DNA of 64,000 nucleotides, taken from NCBI GenBank assembly GCA_016186795.1, contig JACPKY010000002.1, forward strand, positions 604,771-668,770, in the 5' to 3' direction. The notes beneath the pieces were generated by a model. That model ran no database searches. It was not told the origin of the DNA and saw only the letters and a program-made list of their open reading frames with translations. Source of the DNA: Candidatus Gottesmanbacteria bacterium (GTDB taxonomy: Bacteria; Patescibacteriota; Microgenomatia; 2-02-FULL-39-11). Positions 39,619 to 48,320 of the stretch are shown piece by piece; position 1 is the first letter of the stretch, and each line of letters starts with the position of its first letter. A program made the translations under genes and the position numbers.

Positions 39619-40670
39619 TTTTTCTTCCAGTTCTCAGGTCGAAGTTGTCTTACTTGTTTTCCTGCCTGCCACATCTCCGAATTGCCCATTTCTTGGAGCT
39701 CGCAGTTCAAATCTTCTCTATAGTTGGGCTGACTGTTTTTATCCAAGACGCGTTTGGCCTCTGTCCCATCTGCAACTTTTTGATAAAGTTTCTCAAATAC
39801 CGGTTCGACTGCTTTTTTGAATTTGTCTTTCCAATCAAGTGCACCCCTTTGAGCAGTGGTACTTATATTTGCATACATCCAATCCATTCCTTTTTCGCCA
39901 ACAAGTTTTATTAGACTTTGGGTAAGCTCCTCAACTGTCTCATTAAACGCCTCAGAAGGTGAGTGACCTTTTTTCCGAAGCGTTTCATATTGCGCTTCCA
40001 TAACTCCAGTGAGAGCCCCAACTAAAATTCCCCTCTCACCTGTTAAATCACTAAATACTTCTTTCTCAAATGTTGTTGGGAATAAAAACCCGGACCCTAT
40101 GGCTATTCCTACTGCTAATACTTTTTCTTTTGCTTTCCCAGATGTATCCTGGAAAATGGCATAGCTACTATTTATTCCTGACCCATCAAGGAAGTTGCGC
40201 CGTACTGAAAGGCCGGATCCTTTTGGCGCTACCAAAATAACATCAACATCTTTGGGAGGAATAACACCGGTTAGATTTTTATAAGTTATCGAAAATCCAT
40301 GAGAAAAAACAAGTGTTTTCCCGTGGGTTAGATATTTTTGCAAAGTTGGCCAAAACGCTTTCTGTCCTGCATCGGAAAGTAAAAATAAGATAATCGTAGC
40401 TTTCTTTGCTGCAATTTCTAGATCAAAAAGAGTCTTGCCAGGAATCCACCCATCGGAAACTGCTTTGTCCCAGCTTTTGGAATTTTTCCGTTGACCAACG
40501 ATGACGTTAATTCCATTATCCCGCATGTTCTGGCTTTGCCCCGGACCTTGAACTCCGTATCCTAAGACGGCAACGGTTTCCTTTTTAAGAATTTCTTTGG
40601 CTTTCCCTAGAGGAAATTCCTCACGAGTTATGATATTTTCCTTAACTCCTCCGAAATCCAGTATTGCCAT
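39615..40670 (-). CDS. ilvC: ketol-acid reductoisomerase
   Basis: NADPH motif ([17 protein letters not shown]). Confidence 0.85.
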   Translation of the reverse strand: MAILDFGGVKENIITREEFPLGKAKEILKKETVAVLGYGVQGPGQSQNMRDNGINVIVGQRKNSKSWDKAVSDGWIPGKTLFDLEIAAKKATIILFLLSDAGQKAFWPTLQKYLTHGKTLVFSHGFSITYKNLTGVIPPKDVDVILVAPKGSGLSVRRNFLDGSGINSSYAIFQDTSGKAKEKVLAVGIAIGSGFLFPTTFEKEVFSDLTGERGILVGALTGVMEAQYETLRKKGHSPSEAFNETVEELTQSLIKLVGEKGMDWMYANISTTAQRGALDWKDKFKKAVEPVFEKLYQKVADGTEAKRVLDKNSQPNYREDLNCELQEMGNSEMWQAGKQVRQLRPENWKKK

Positions 40671-40683
40671 ACTTTTTCTCCCT

Positions 40684-41607
40684 TTATACCTTTGTGAGCC
40701 AATCTGAATATTTTTTCTGTTTTCCTCGAACGAGAGAAAAGAAAAGCTTATTTATTTTTTCTGTGATAGGGCCCATTTTCCCGGTACCAATTTTTCTCCC
40801 ATCAACTTCTGCTACCCAAGCAACTTGTGCTCCAGTGCCAGTTAAAAACGCCTCGTCAGCAATATATACCTCTGTCCTGTCTATATTCCTTTCCTCAGTT
40901 GGTATATCTAAATCATGAGCAAGTTGGAGAATTGTTCTTCTCGTCATTCCCTCTAAAACATCACCATATTTAGGAGGTGTAACAAGAACACCATCGCGAA
41001 CAATGAAAAAATTTGCTCCACTTCCTTCGGCGATATGGCCATCGGCAGACATTAGAAGTGCATCATCGTACCCAAGATTTGCGGCATCACCTCTGGCAAG
41101 AGACGAGTTTATATATCCTCCAGAAATTTTGGCACGTGAAGGAATCATATTATCATTTATCCTCACCCAATTGGAGATTGCCAGTTTCAACCCTTTGGTT
41201 ATGGAAAGGTACTCTCCCAATGGAATCATGTAGAGAGCAAATTCAAATGTTAATGGCGCAAGATCTGGTGAAAGGAAAAAGTCACTCCCATATGCAAAAG
41301 GGCGAAGATAATAATCAGTTTTCGGCTGATTTTTCCTTACCAACTCAAGCGTCGTATGCATCAGTTGTCCAAGATCGTACCGGATAGATTTGTTAAGAAT
41401 TTTTAACGAGTTGAGAAATCTTTTGTAATGATCCTCGAGCCGGAAAATATACGTATGCTTTTTATCTGATGACGTATATCCCCGAATCCCCCCAAATATG
41501 GCATTACCATACTGAAGGGCATTGGTCATGATGTTTACCTTTGCTGTCTCAATTGGGACTATATTTCCTTCAAAAAACGCAAATGGAAATGATCGTGTAT
41601 CTTTCAT
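40684..41607 (-). CDS. ilvE: branched-chain amino acid aminotransferase (class IV)
   Basis: Fold-type IV PLP motifs. The start was trimmed to MKDTRSF. Confidence 0.8.
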   Translation of the reverse strand: MKDTRSFPFAFFEGNIVPIETAKVNIMTNALQYGNAIFGGIRGYTSSDKKHTYIFRLEDHYKRFLNSLKILNKSIRYDLGQLMHTTLELVRKNQPKTDYYLRPFAYGSDFFLSPDLAPLTFEFALYMIPLGEYLSITKGLKLAISNWVRINDNMIPSRAKISGGYINSSLARGDAANLGYDDALLMSADGHIAEGSGANFFIVRDGVLVTPPKYGDVLEGMTRRTILQLAHDLDIPTEERNIDRTEVYIADEAFLTGTGAQVAWVAEVDGRKIGTGKMGPITEKINKLFFSLVRGKQKKYSDWLTKV

Positions 41608-41609
41608 AG

Positions 41610-42047
41610 TTACGAGCAGCCGCAGTTTCCGCCGCAACCACATCCTCCTTCTTCATGAGCCATAGGACGCGTAATATAGGCAACTGCATCTATTTCAACA
41701 AGAGCATCTTTGGGAAGTTTCGCAACTTGAACTGTTGCCCGTGCTGGATAGGGCTTTTGAAAAAATGAAGCATATACTTCATTCATCTTTCCGTAGTCAT
41801 CCATGCTTTTAAGATACACAGTTGTTTTAAGAATCGTTTGTAAACTTCCGCCAGCCTCTTCCAAGACATACTCGAGATTTGTTAATGCTTGACGAGTTTG
41901 TTCTTCAATTGCCCCTTTGACAAACTCCTTCGTTTTCGGATCAACACCGATATGACCGGAACAAAAAATTAAATCACCCAAGACAATCCCTGGTGAATAT
42001 GGGCCAATTGCCGCAACACCCTTTTTCGCAACAATTTCTTTTTTCAT
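41610..42047 (-). CDS. ridA: RidA (YjgF) family enamine/imine deaminase with a Cys/Gly-rich C-terminal tail
   Basis: RidA core followed by HEEGGCGCGGNCGCS. Confidence 0.7.
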   Translation of the reverse strand: MKKEIVAKKGVAAIGPYSPGIVLGDLIFCSGHIGVDPKTKEFVKGAIEEQTRQALTNLEYVLEEAGGSLQTILKTTVYLKSMDDYGKMNEVYASFFQKPYPARATVQVAKLPKDALVEIDAVAYITRPMAHEEGGCGCGGNCGCS

Positions 42048-43918
42048 AAGCTTTTCTCCTTTCGGTGGTTTTTCACTTGATAATACAATTCGTTGTACCC
42101 AGCAACATATGCATTCATCGATGCCACTATTATATCAGGAGATGTTCCTTTCTCGACTACTTGCGTACCATTTTGCGCCTGAAGCACCATTGTCACCTCT
42201 ACAGTTGAATCACTCCCAGTCGTTGGAATCTCAACGGTAAAATCTGAGAGTTTAAATTTCAACCCATCGTGTTTTGCGATAACCTTATTGATTGCAGAAA
42301 TTGCTGCATCGACCGGTCCAACCCCATCACTTTGTGCATGATACTTCTTCCCATGCAATAAAACATCAATGGTTGCTTTGGGCCGTTTATTTTTGGTATC
42401 CCAAATTTGAAAATCGGTAAGTGTGAGATATTTATTTTTTGTCTCCTGCTGAATAATTCCTTCAAGAATAGACTGAAGATCTGCACGTCCTATGACTTTT
42501 CCTTTATCTTTTATAAACTGACGTAAACGAAGATATGTTTCCTCTAAATCTCGTTTGGGTAACTTTATACCAAACTCGTCTTTCACCACGTTTTGTATCC
42601 GACTCTTTGTAGGAAGGGAGGAAAAAAGAATTTTTTCTTTGTCCCTCACTCCTTGTGCACGAAGCGCAAACAGATTCCCAGAAATAACTCTTTTCACTTC
42701 CTTCTCATCTGGTTCAATCGTTGGAGGTTCGGCAAGTACCTTCAGAGTTGCTGCTGGATCTTTCAAGCCAGCTCCTGTTGCAACACAGACAACACGATCA
42801 TCTCTTTGAATTGTTCCATCTCGTAACAGTTTCTTTAATGCAACAATAGTGGTTGCGGATGATGGCTCAATGTAGAGAGCTTCCAAATGAGCAAGTTCCT
42901 GCTGAGCTGCAAGCGTTTCCTCATCAGAGACCGAAACGACCATTCCATGTGAACGATTGAGCGCTTCTATAACCTTGACTCCATCAAGAGGATTCCCAAC
43001 TGCGATTGCCGAATTTATGGTCTTTGGATTTTTAACGGGTTTGATAAAAAACTCGCTCTTATCTGTTTTTTGAAATATCGAATGACACCCATAGGCCTGC
43101 ACTGCAATAAGTTTTGGAAGTTTTTCGATAAATCCTAAGCGGTAATACTCCCAAAACCCCTTCCAGATAGAAGCTAAATTTGTCCCCATTCCAACAGGAA
43201 CAATGACCCAGTCAATTATTGCCTCCCAAGTACTTTCTGCCAACTCAAACCCAAGAGACTTCTGACCCTCAGACCGAAAGACATAATCTCCCGCAAGGTA
43301 ATACCCGTATGTTTTGGCCGTCTTTTCTGCAAGCGTATTTGCCTCAGTGTATGTTCCACGTACCTGAATAACTTTGGCACCATACGATAGACTTTGTGCC
43401 AATTTTCCCCTTGGAGTGTTCTCGGGTACAAAGACAAAACACGAAAGACCTGCTTGAGCAGAGTAGGCTGCAACCGATGCAGCCATATTTCCGGTTGAAG
43501 CAACACAAACAGATGAGTATCCCAGTTCTTTTGCTTTATTGATTTCAATGAAACTTCCCCGATCCTTAAATGCTCCGGTTGGGTTAAGCCCTTCATTTTT
43601 AATAAATAGTTTGGGAATCCCGATTTTCTCACCAAGTCGTCGTGCCTGATGCAAAGGTGTTCCCCCTTCCTGCAGACTAATAAGATTGTCGCGGGTCTTT
43701 AAAGGGTAAAAATCAAGATATTTCAGTGTTTTTGATGGAGTATTTTTGAGTATGTATGCATTAACCTGCTTTTTCAGTTCGTCATAATCGTATGTTACAT
43801 CAAGGGGGCCTCTACACGAGAGACAACGTGACGTAGTCTTTAGCTCATCGGTCTTTTTATGGCAAGCAACACAGGAAAGATAGTATAGATTCTTATTCAT
43901 AAAAGAATTCAAATTCAT
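42044..43918 (-). CDS. threonine-synthase-like PLP enzyme fused to a C-terminal LeuA/CimA-type allosteric (LeuA_dimer) domain
   Basis: N-terminal Zn-ribbon (CxxC...CxxC) and ThrC-like fold-II PLP core (GGTPL...NPTGAFKDRG, EGQKSLGFE, TGAGLKDP). The C-terminal about 190 aa parallel the leuA C-terminus in this window (DGVGPVDAAISAIN against [13 protein letters not shown], plus a GSDS/GSDA block). Confidence 0.55.
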   Translation of the reverse strand: MNLNSFMNKNLYYLSCVACHKKTDELKTTSRCLSCRGPLDVTYDYDELKKQVNAYILKNTPSKTLKYLDFYPLKTRDNLISLQEGGTPLHQARRLGEKIGIPKLFIKNEGLNPTGAFKDRGSFIEINKAKELGYSSVCVASTGNMAASVAAYSAQAGLSCFVFVPENTPRGKLAQSLSYGAKVIQVRGTYTEANTLAEKTAKTYGYYLAGDYVFRSEGQKSLGFELAESTWEAIIDWVIVPVGMGTNLASIWKGFWEYYRLGFIEKLPKLIAVQAYGCHSIFQKTDKSEFFIKPVKNPKTINSAIAVGNPLDGVKVIEALNRSHGMVVSVSDEETLAAQQELAHLEALYIEPSSATTIVALKKLLRDGTIQRDDRVVCVATGAGLKDPAATLKVLAEPPTIEPDEKEVKRVISGNLFALRAQGVRDKEKILFSSLPTKSRIQNVVKDEFGIKLPKRDLEETYLRLRQFIKDKGKVIGRADLQSILEGIIQQETKNKYLTLTDFQIWDTKNKRPKATIDVLLHGKKYHAQSDGVGPVDAAISAINKVIAKHDGLKFKLSDFTVEIPTTGSDSTVEVTMVLQAQNGTQVVEKGTSPDIIVASMNAYVAGYNELYYQVKNHRKEKSL

Positions 43919-44421
43919 TTAAAAAGAGCTGTTCTTCCAGTACGGACAAATTCAATAATGCGATATTCTTTCATATTTTCGTAAAAAGCGTCAATTTTTT
44001 CCTCTCCACCGGTCACCTCAACTAAGAATGTATCTTTGGTCATATGGAGAACCTTTGCGCGAAAGTGCTCTATTATTTTTAATATTTCACCTTTTTCTCC
44101 CTTTCCTTTAATCTGAATTTTGGCAAGAGCCAGCTCGCGACTGATAAGTTTTTCATCGGCTACTTTCTCAACACGTAAAACATTTACCAGTTTGGCAACT
44201 TGTTTACACATATTGGCTACTTGGTCTCCGTTCCCAGAGACGGTGATGGTAAATCGCGTGACATTTGGTATCTCTGTATACCCAACGGTAGCGGTTTCGA
44301 TGTTGAACATTTTTCGACGAAAAAGCCAGAGAATTCGGAAAAAAACTCCGGGAGTATTTTCACTCCAAATGATAATTGTTGAAAGATTTTTTGCCATATT
44401 ACTTATCCTTGGGAGAAACAA
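43915..44421 (-). CDS. ilvH: acetolactate synthase small (regulatory) subunit
   Basis: N-terminal ACT domain; the gene overlaps ilvB. Confidence 0.8.
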   Translation of the reverse strand: MFLPRISNMAKNLSTIIIWSENTPGVFFRILWLFRRKMFNIETATVGYTEIPNVTRFTITVSGNGDQVANMCKQVAKLVNVLRVEKVADEKLISRELALAKIQIKGKGEKGEILKIIEHFRAKVLHMTKDTFLVEVTGGEEKIDAFYENMKEYRIIEFVRTGRTALFK

Positions 44422-46129
44422 TCATATCCGCAATTCCAGCTCCCGCTGGAATCATAGGAAACACGTTTTCTTCGGCTTCAACTACAAACTCTACTAAAAA
44501 AGGTCCTCTCTTTTTCCGTGCTTTGGAAATTGCCTCACGAGTTTCTTTAAATGTTTTTGCTTTTAAAGAGGGAATCCCAAACCCGTCACAGAGCTTTTGG
44601 AAATTTGGGTTTTTAAGCTTCACCTCAGAGTAATTCCCTTTGTAAAATAACTCTTGCCATTGCCGAACCATTCCCAAGAAATTATTATTCAGAAGCGCTA
44701 TTTTTACTTCAAGTTTTTCTTGAACGATTGTTGCCAATTCCTGGATGGTCATTTGAATTCCTCCATCTCCTATAACAATCCACACCTCACGATTGGAATC
44801 TGCACTTTTCACTCCCATTCCGGCGGGAAGTGCAAATCCCATAGTACCTAGTCCTCCTGAAGTGATGTGAGTGTTGTAATCATTAAACGTATAATATCGA
44901 GCAGCATACATCTGATTCTGCCCTACATCGGCAACAATAGTTGCTTTATTTTTAGTTTGTCTCGATATTTCCGCAATCACTTGCGCGGACTTTAAGTGCG
45001 GAGCATGCAGTTCTTTCTTATACACTTTTTCCGTTTCCTCGCGCTTCCACTGATGAAACCGCTTGAGCCACTGGGGATTCCGACGTTTGGAAAGCTTTGG
45101 AAGAATCTGCTCAAGGACCATTTTTGCATCTCCAACCACTCCAAGTGTTGGCTTTACGTTTTTCCCTAACTCAGACGGATCAATATCGATATGGATTATT
45201 TTTGCCTGTTGTGCGTACTTTGCGACATTCCCCGTCACGCGATCATGAAATCGCATTCCAACAGCAAGAATAACATCGGCTTCATTTGGGGCCCTGTTTG
45301 CGGCAACATTCCCGTGCATTCCCGGCATACCCATAAACAACCGATGTGTTGATGGAATTGTTGAAAGACCAAGCTGGGTGAGTGTTACCGGAATATCTTG
45401 TTTTTCTGCAATTTGCAAAAGTGTCTTCCCGTCACCTGAAAGAAGCATCCCATGTCCTGCGATAATAAGAGGACGAACGGCAGAATTTAACATGGATACT
45501 ATCTTTTCAACTTCTTTTGGTGTTGCTTGTAGTCTTACTCTTCCCTCAAGATGTTTTTTGGGCAAAGGAATATGAAATTCGGCATAGGCAGTTTGCGCAT
45601 CCTTTGTGATATCAACAAGTACTGGTCCGGGGCGCCCATGTGATGCAAGATAAAATGCCTCGTACAGACTTGGTGCAATATCTTCTGCTTTTGTCACCAA
45701 ATAATTGTGTTTAGTTACGGCAAGTGTCACACCCAAAACATCAGTTTCTTGAAACGCATCGGTTCCTAAAAGTGGCGATGGAACTTGTCCAGTTATACAA
45801 ACAAGAGGAACACTATCAAGCATGGCATCGGCAAGACCGGTCACAAGATTTGTTGCACCAGGTCCACTTGTTGCAAAACAAATGCCAGGTATACCGTTTG
45901 CCCATGCGTACCCTTCTGCAGCGTGAGCTGCTCCTTGCTCGTGACGAACTAAGATATGGTGGAGCTCCGGATATTTATACAAGGCATCGTAAATCGGAAT
46001 ATTTGCTCCGCCCGGATACCCAAATATTGTTCGGACACCGTGGCGAAGCAAACACTCACAGACTATATCTGCCCCTTGCACTTTTTCACCTTCTTTTAAT
46101 CTGGTTTTTAGTTTCGTTTTTTGCTCCAT
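44399..46129 (-). CDS. ilvB: acetolactate synthase large subunit (TPP-dependent)
   Basis: TPP-enzyme N-terminal, central and C-terminal domains (GDG...N motif). The start is ATG at 46129, with an alternative GTG at 46081 preceded by GAAGGTGA. Confidence 0.85.
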   Translation of the reverse strand: MEQKTKLKTRLKEGEKVQGADIVCECLLRHGVRTIFGYPGGANIPIYDALYKYPELHHILVRHEQGAAHAAEGYAWANGIPGICFATSGPGATNLVTGLADAMLDSVPLVCITGQVPSPLLGTDAFQETDVLGVTLAVTKHNYLVTKAEDIAPSLYEAFYLASHGRPGPVLVDITKDAQTAYAEFHIPLPKKHLEGRVRLQATPKEVEKIVSMLNSAVRPLIIAGHGMLLSGDGKTLLQIAEKQDIPVTLTQLGLSTIPSTHRLFMGMPGMHGNVAANRAPNEADVILAVGMRFHDRVTGNVAKYAQQAKIIHIDIDPSELGKNVKPTLGVVGDAKMVLEQILPKLSKRRNPQWLKRFHQWKREETEKVYKKELHAPHLKSAQVIAEISRQTKNKATIVADVGQNQMYAARYYTFNDYNTHITSGGLGTMGFALPAGMGVKSADSNREVWIVIGDGGIQMTIQELATIVQEKLEVKIALLNNNFLGMVRQWQELFYKGNYSEVKLKNPNFQKLCDGFGIPSLKAKTFKETREAISKARKKRGPFLVEFVVEAEENVFPMIPAGAGIADMIVSPKDK

Positions 46130-46130
46130 A

Positions 46131-46170
46131 AAACAAAAAACCTCTCGTTTCTTGAGAGGTTTCAATCTTT
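46131..46170 (-). terminator. attenuator terminator immediately upstream of ilvB
   Basis: Minus-strand AACCTCTC-aagaaac-GAGAGGTT followed by TTTTTGTTTT, ending at the ilvB ATG. Confidence 0.55.
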
Positions 46171-46180
46171 ATTCTTACTT

Positions 46181-46276
46181 TTATTTCTTTATTCTTGCCT
46201 TTATTACCTCCCAAGAATATCCCTGCACAATTGCAAGGACAATAACTGAGAGAATAATAAGGTTATTTTTGATCAT
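46181..46276 (-). CDS. ilv operon leader peptide (MIKNNLIILSVIVLAIVQGYSWEVIKARIKK)
   Basis: A 31-codon ORF with a run of 11 Ile/Leu/Val codons in 13 positions, lying between the promoter and the terminator. Confidence 0.5.
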   Translation of the reverse strand: MIKNNLIILSVIVLAIVQGYSWEVIKARIKK

Positions 46277-46286
46277 GACTGGTGGA

Positions 46287-46315
46287 ACTATAACAAAGTG
46301 ATACTTTACTGTCAA
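46287..46315 (-). promoter_or_regulatory. sigma70-type promoter of the ilv leader/operon
   Basis: On the minus strand, a consensus -35 TTGACA, a 17-nt spacer and a -10 TATAGT. Confidence 0.55.
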
Positions 46316-46325
46316 TAGGCATGTT

Positions 46326-47855
46326 TTAGAAAAGTTCTTCTTCCCTAGGTCTGTATTGGAGAGCTTCTGCAATAAATCTTGGTTCAACGATTTTTTCTTC
46401 CTCTAAATCTGCGATAGTTTGCGCAAGTTTTATTATCCGGTGGTAACTTCTCGCCGATAACTGTAATGAAACTACAGCTTTTTTTAAAAGTGATAGACAC
46501 TCGGTTGATAAAGGAATAAATTCTTTTATTTCCTTTGACCGTAAATCACTATTACAGGTAAATGGAGTTCCCTTAAACCGTCTCAATTGTATATCTCGTG
46601 CTTTTTGAACTCGTTTCCGAACTATTTTCGATGAATCTAGTCTCTTTTCACCTGTCAACGCTTCGATTTTTACCTGTGGCAGATGTATATGAAGATCAAT
46701 ACGATCATAAATAGGACCTGATACTCGCTTTGTGTACCGTATAATCTGCCCGGCAGGACAGGTACACTTCTTGGTAAGATCTCCAAAATTTCCGCATGGG
46801 CATGGATTTGCTGCAGCAACAAGCATGAATTTCGCCGGATAGGTAATTGTTCCAGATGCTCGTGAAATAGTCACAATACCATCTTCAATTGGCTGCCGAA
46901 GAGCTTCAAGTACAGATCTCGGAAATTCAGGAAATTCATCCAAAAATAAAACACCGCGATGCGCAAGAGAAATCTCTCCTGGAATTGGACGAGCCCCTCC
47001 TCCAATAAGTCCAATTCGAGATGTCGTATGATGTGGGGCTCGAAATGGTCGTGACGAAATAAGCGAGCGACCTTGAGAAAGATTTCCCGTGATTGAATAT
47101 ATTTTTGTCACCTCAAGAGCTTCATTTTCTGTCAAATCGGGTAGTATTGCCGGAAACGCCCGTGCAAGCATTGTTTTTCCAGCCCCTGGTACTCCTTTGA
47201 AAAAAATATTATGACCTCCGGCTGCAGCAATCTCAAGCGCACGCTTCCCTTGCTCTTGCCCAAGTACATCAGAAAGATCAAACTCTGCGCTTTTTTCCTC
47301 ATGAAAAGTATGAAACGAAACATGAGGTAAAGGAGAAATACTGCTCGTCCCTGTTATATGTCGAAAAAGTGCCAGAAGTGATTGGCACGGATAAACAGAT
47401 ATGTGATCAATAATTGCTGCTTCTTTCGCATTGATTTCAGAAAGATAAAGACCGGTAAATTTTTTCTCTTTTGCAAGGAGTGTAACTGGAAGAACTCCGT
47501 TGGTATGTGTAAGCGACCCATCAAGTGACAATGCCCCATACGCAAGTATCCGAGAATCTACTTTCGGAAGCTGGCCTGAGGCAATGAGAATGCCAAGAGC
47601 AATTGGCAAATCATAGGCCGGTCCATCTTTTGGAATATCAGCTGGTGCCAGATTGACGGTAATTCTATGTGGAGGAAACTCTGCACCGGAGTTTCTTATG
47701 GCTGAGCGTACTCTTTCTTTTGATTCTTCAACTGATTTTGAGGGAAGACCAACAATGGTAAAGGATGGAAGACTTTTGGTTGATATATCAACTTCGACAA
47801 TAATTGGGATTGGTTCAAGACCGACTGTTGCACCAGAATGTATTTTTGCAAACAT
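46326..47855 (-). CDS. comM: YifB/ComM family Mg-chelatase-like AAA+ ATPase
   Basis: N-terminal Lon-like domain, AAA+ Walker A (GVPGAGKT) and a C-terminal domain. Confidence 0.8.
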   Translation of the reverse strand: MFAKIHSGATVGLEPIPIIVEVDISTKSLPSFTIVGLPSKSVEESKERVRSAIRNSGAEFPPHRITVNLAPADIPKDGPAYDLPIALGILIASGQLPKVDSRILAYGALSLDGSLTHTNGVLPVTLLAKEKKFTGLYLSEINAKEAAIIDHISVYPCQSLLALFRHITGTSSISPLPHVSFHTFHEEKSAEFDLSDVLGQEQGKRALEIAAAGGHNIFFKGVPGAGKTMLARAFPAILPDLTENEALEVTKIYSITGNLSQGRSLISSRPFRAPHHTTSRIGLIGGGARPIPGEISLAHRGVLFLDEFPEFPRSVLEALRQPIEDGIVTISRASGTITYPAKFMLVAAANPCPCGNFGDLTKKCTCPAGQIIRYTKRVSGPIYDRIDLHIHLPQVKIEALTGEKRLDSSKIVRKRVQKARDIQLRRFKGTPFTCNSDLRSKEIKEFIPLSTECLSLLKKAVVSLQLSARSYHRIIKLAQTIADLEEEKIVEPRFIAEALQYRPREEELF

Positions 47856-47906
47856 GTTTTTAGTGTACCATGTTCTTTTTGCCTCAAAAATGATATAATC
47901 AACGTG

Positions 47907-48296
47907 TCTACGGAAGCCGGATGACTACCCTGATTTATTCGGGGAGGAAAGTCCAGACTGCTGAAGACGAGGGACTCGCGGTAACGCGTGATCCCGATTT
48001 AATCGGGACTGGTTCCCAAAAGCGAAAGCTTACGGGCCGATCCTTGAAATAACAAGGTGAGAGAGCAACAGAGACGAACGGAGATCTATAAGTCGCAAGA
48101 CCATGATCGACGAGTGAAACGAGGCAATCCCACCTGCAGCAATCTCCGAAAGGGCGATCCGCCAACTGGCGGAGACGGATGTCTTCCCGATGCCCGAAGT
48201 TTGAGAGCATCATCCCTAAAGGATGGCGGTAGTCGTCTTTAGGACGAAACCGAGAGAAATGGTCATCTAAAAACAGAATCTGGCTTACGAGCTTTT
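47907..48296 (+). ncRNA. rnpB: RNase P RNA (bacterial type A-like)
   Basis: Conserved motifs GGAAAGTCCAGAC (P4 5' side), GCGGTAACGCG, GCAACAGAGA and ACAGAATCTGGCTTA (P4 3' side), with P1 pairing of the 5' and 3' ends. An extended -10 (TGATATAAT) sits at 47891-47899. Only short mutually overlapping ORFs occur on both strands. Confidence 0.75.
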
Positions 48297-48320
48297 GTAG
48301 ATATTGGAAAGTAAGAAATA

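Noticed and set aside
46141-46170. Interpreting the hairpin upstream of ilvB as merely the comM terminator
   Set aside because: It lies 150 bp downstream of comM, beyond a consensus promoter and an ILV-rich leader ORF, and it carries an upstream antiterminator-capable segment. The attenuator interpretation fits better, although it may serve both roles.
47935-48242. ORFs 47935..48213(-) and 48057..48242(+) in the track
   Set aside because: They lie entirely within the RNase P RNA gene, and mutually overlapping sense/antisense short ORFs are typical of ncRNA loci.
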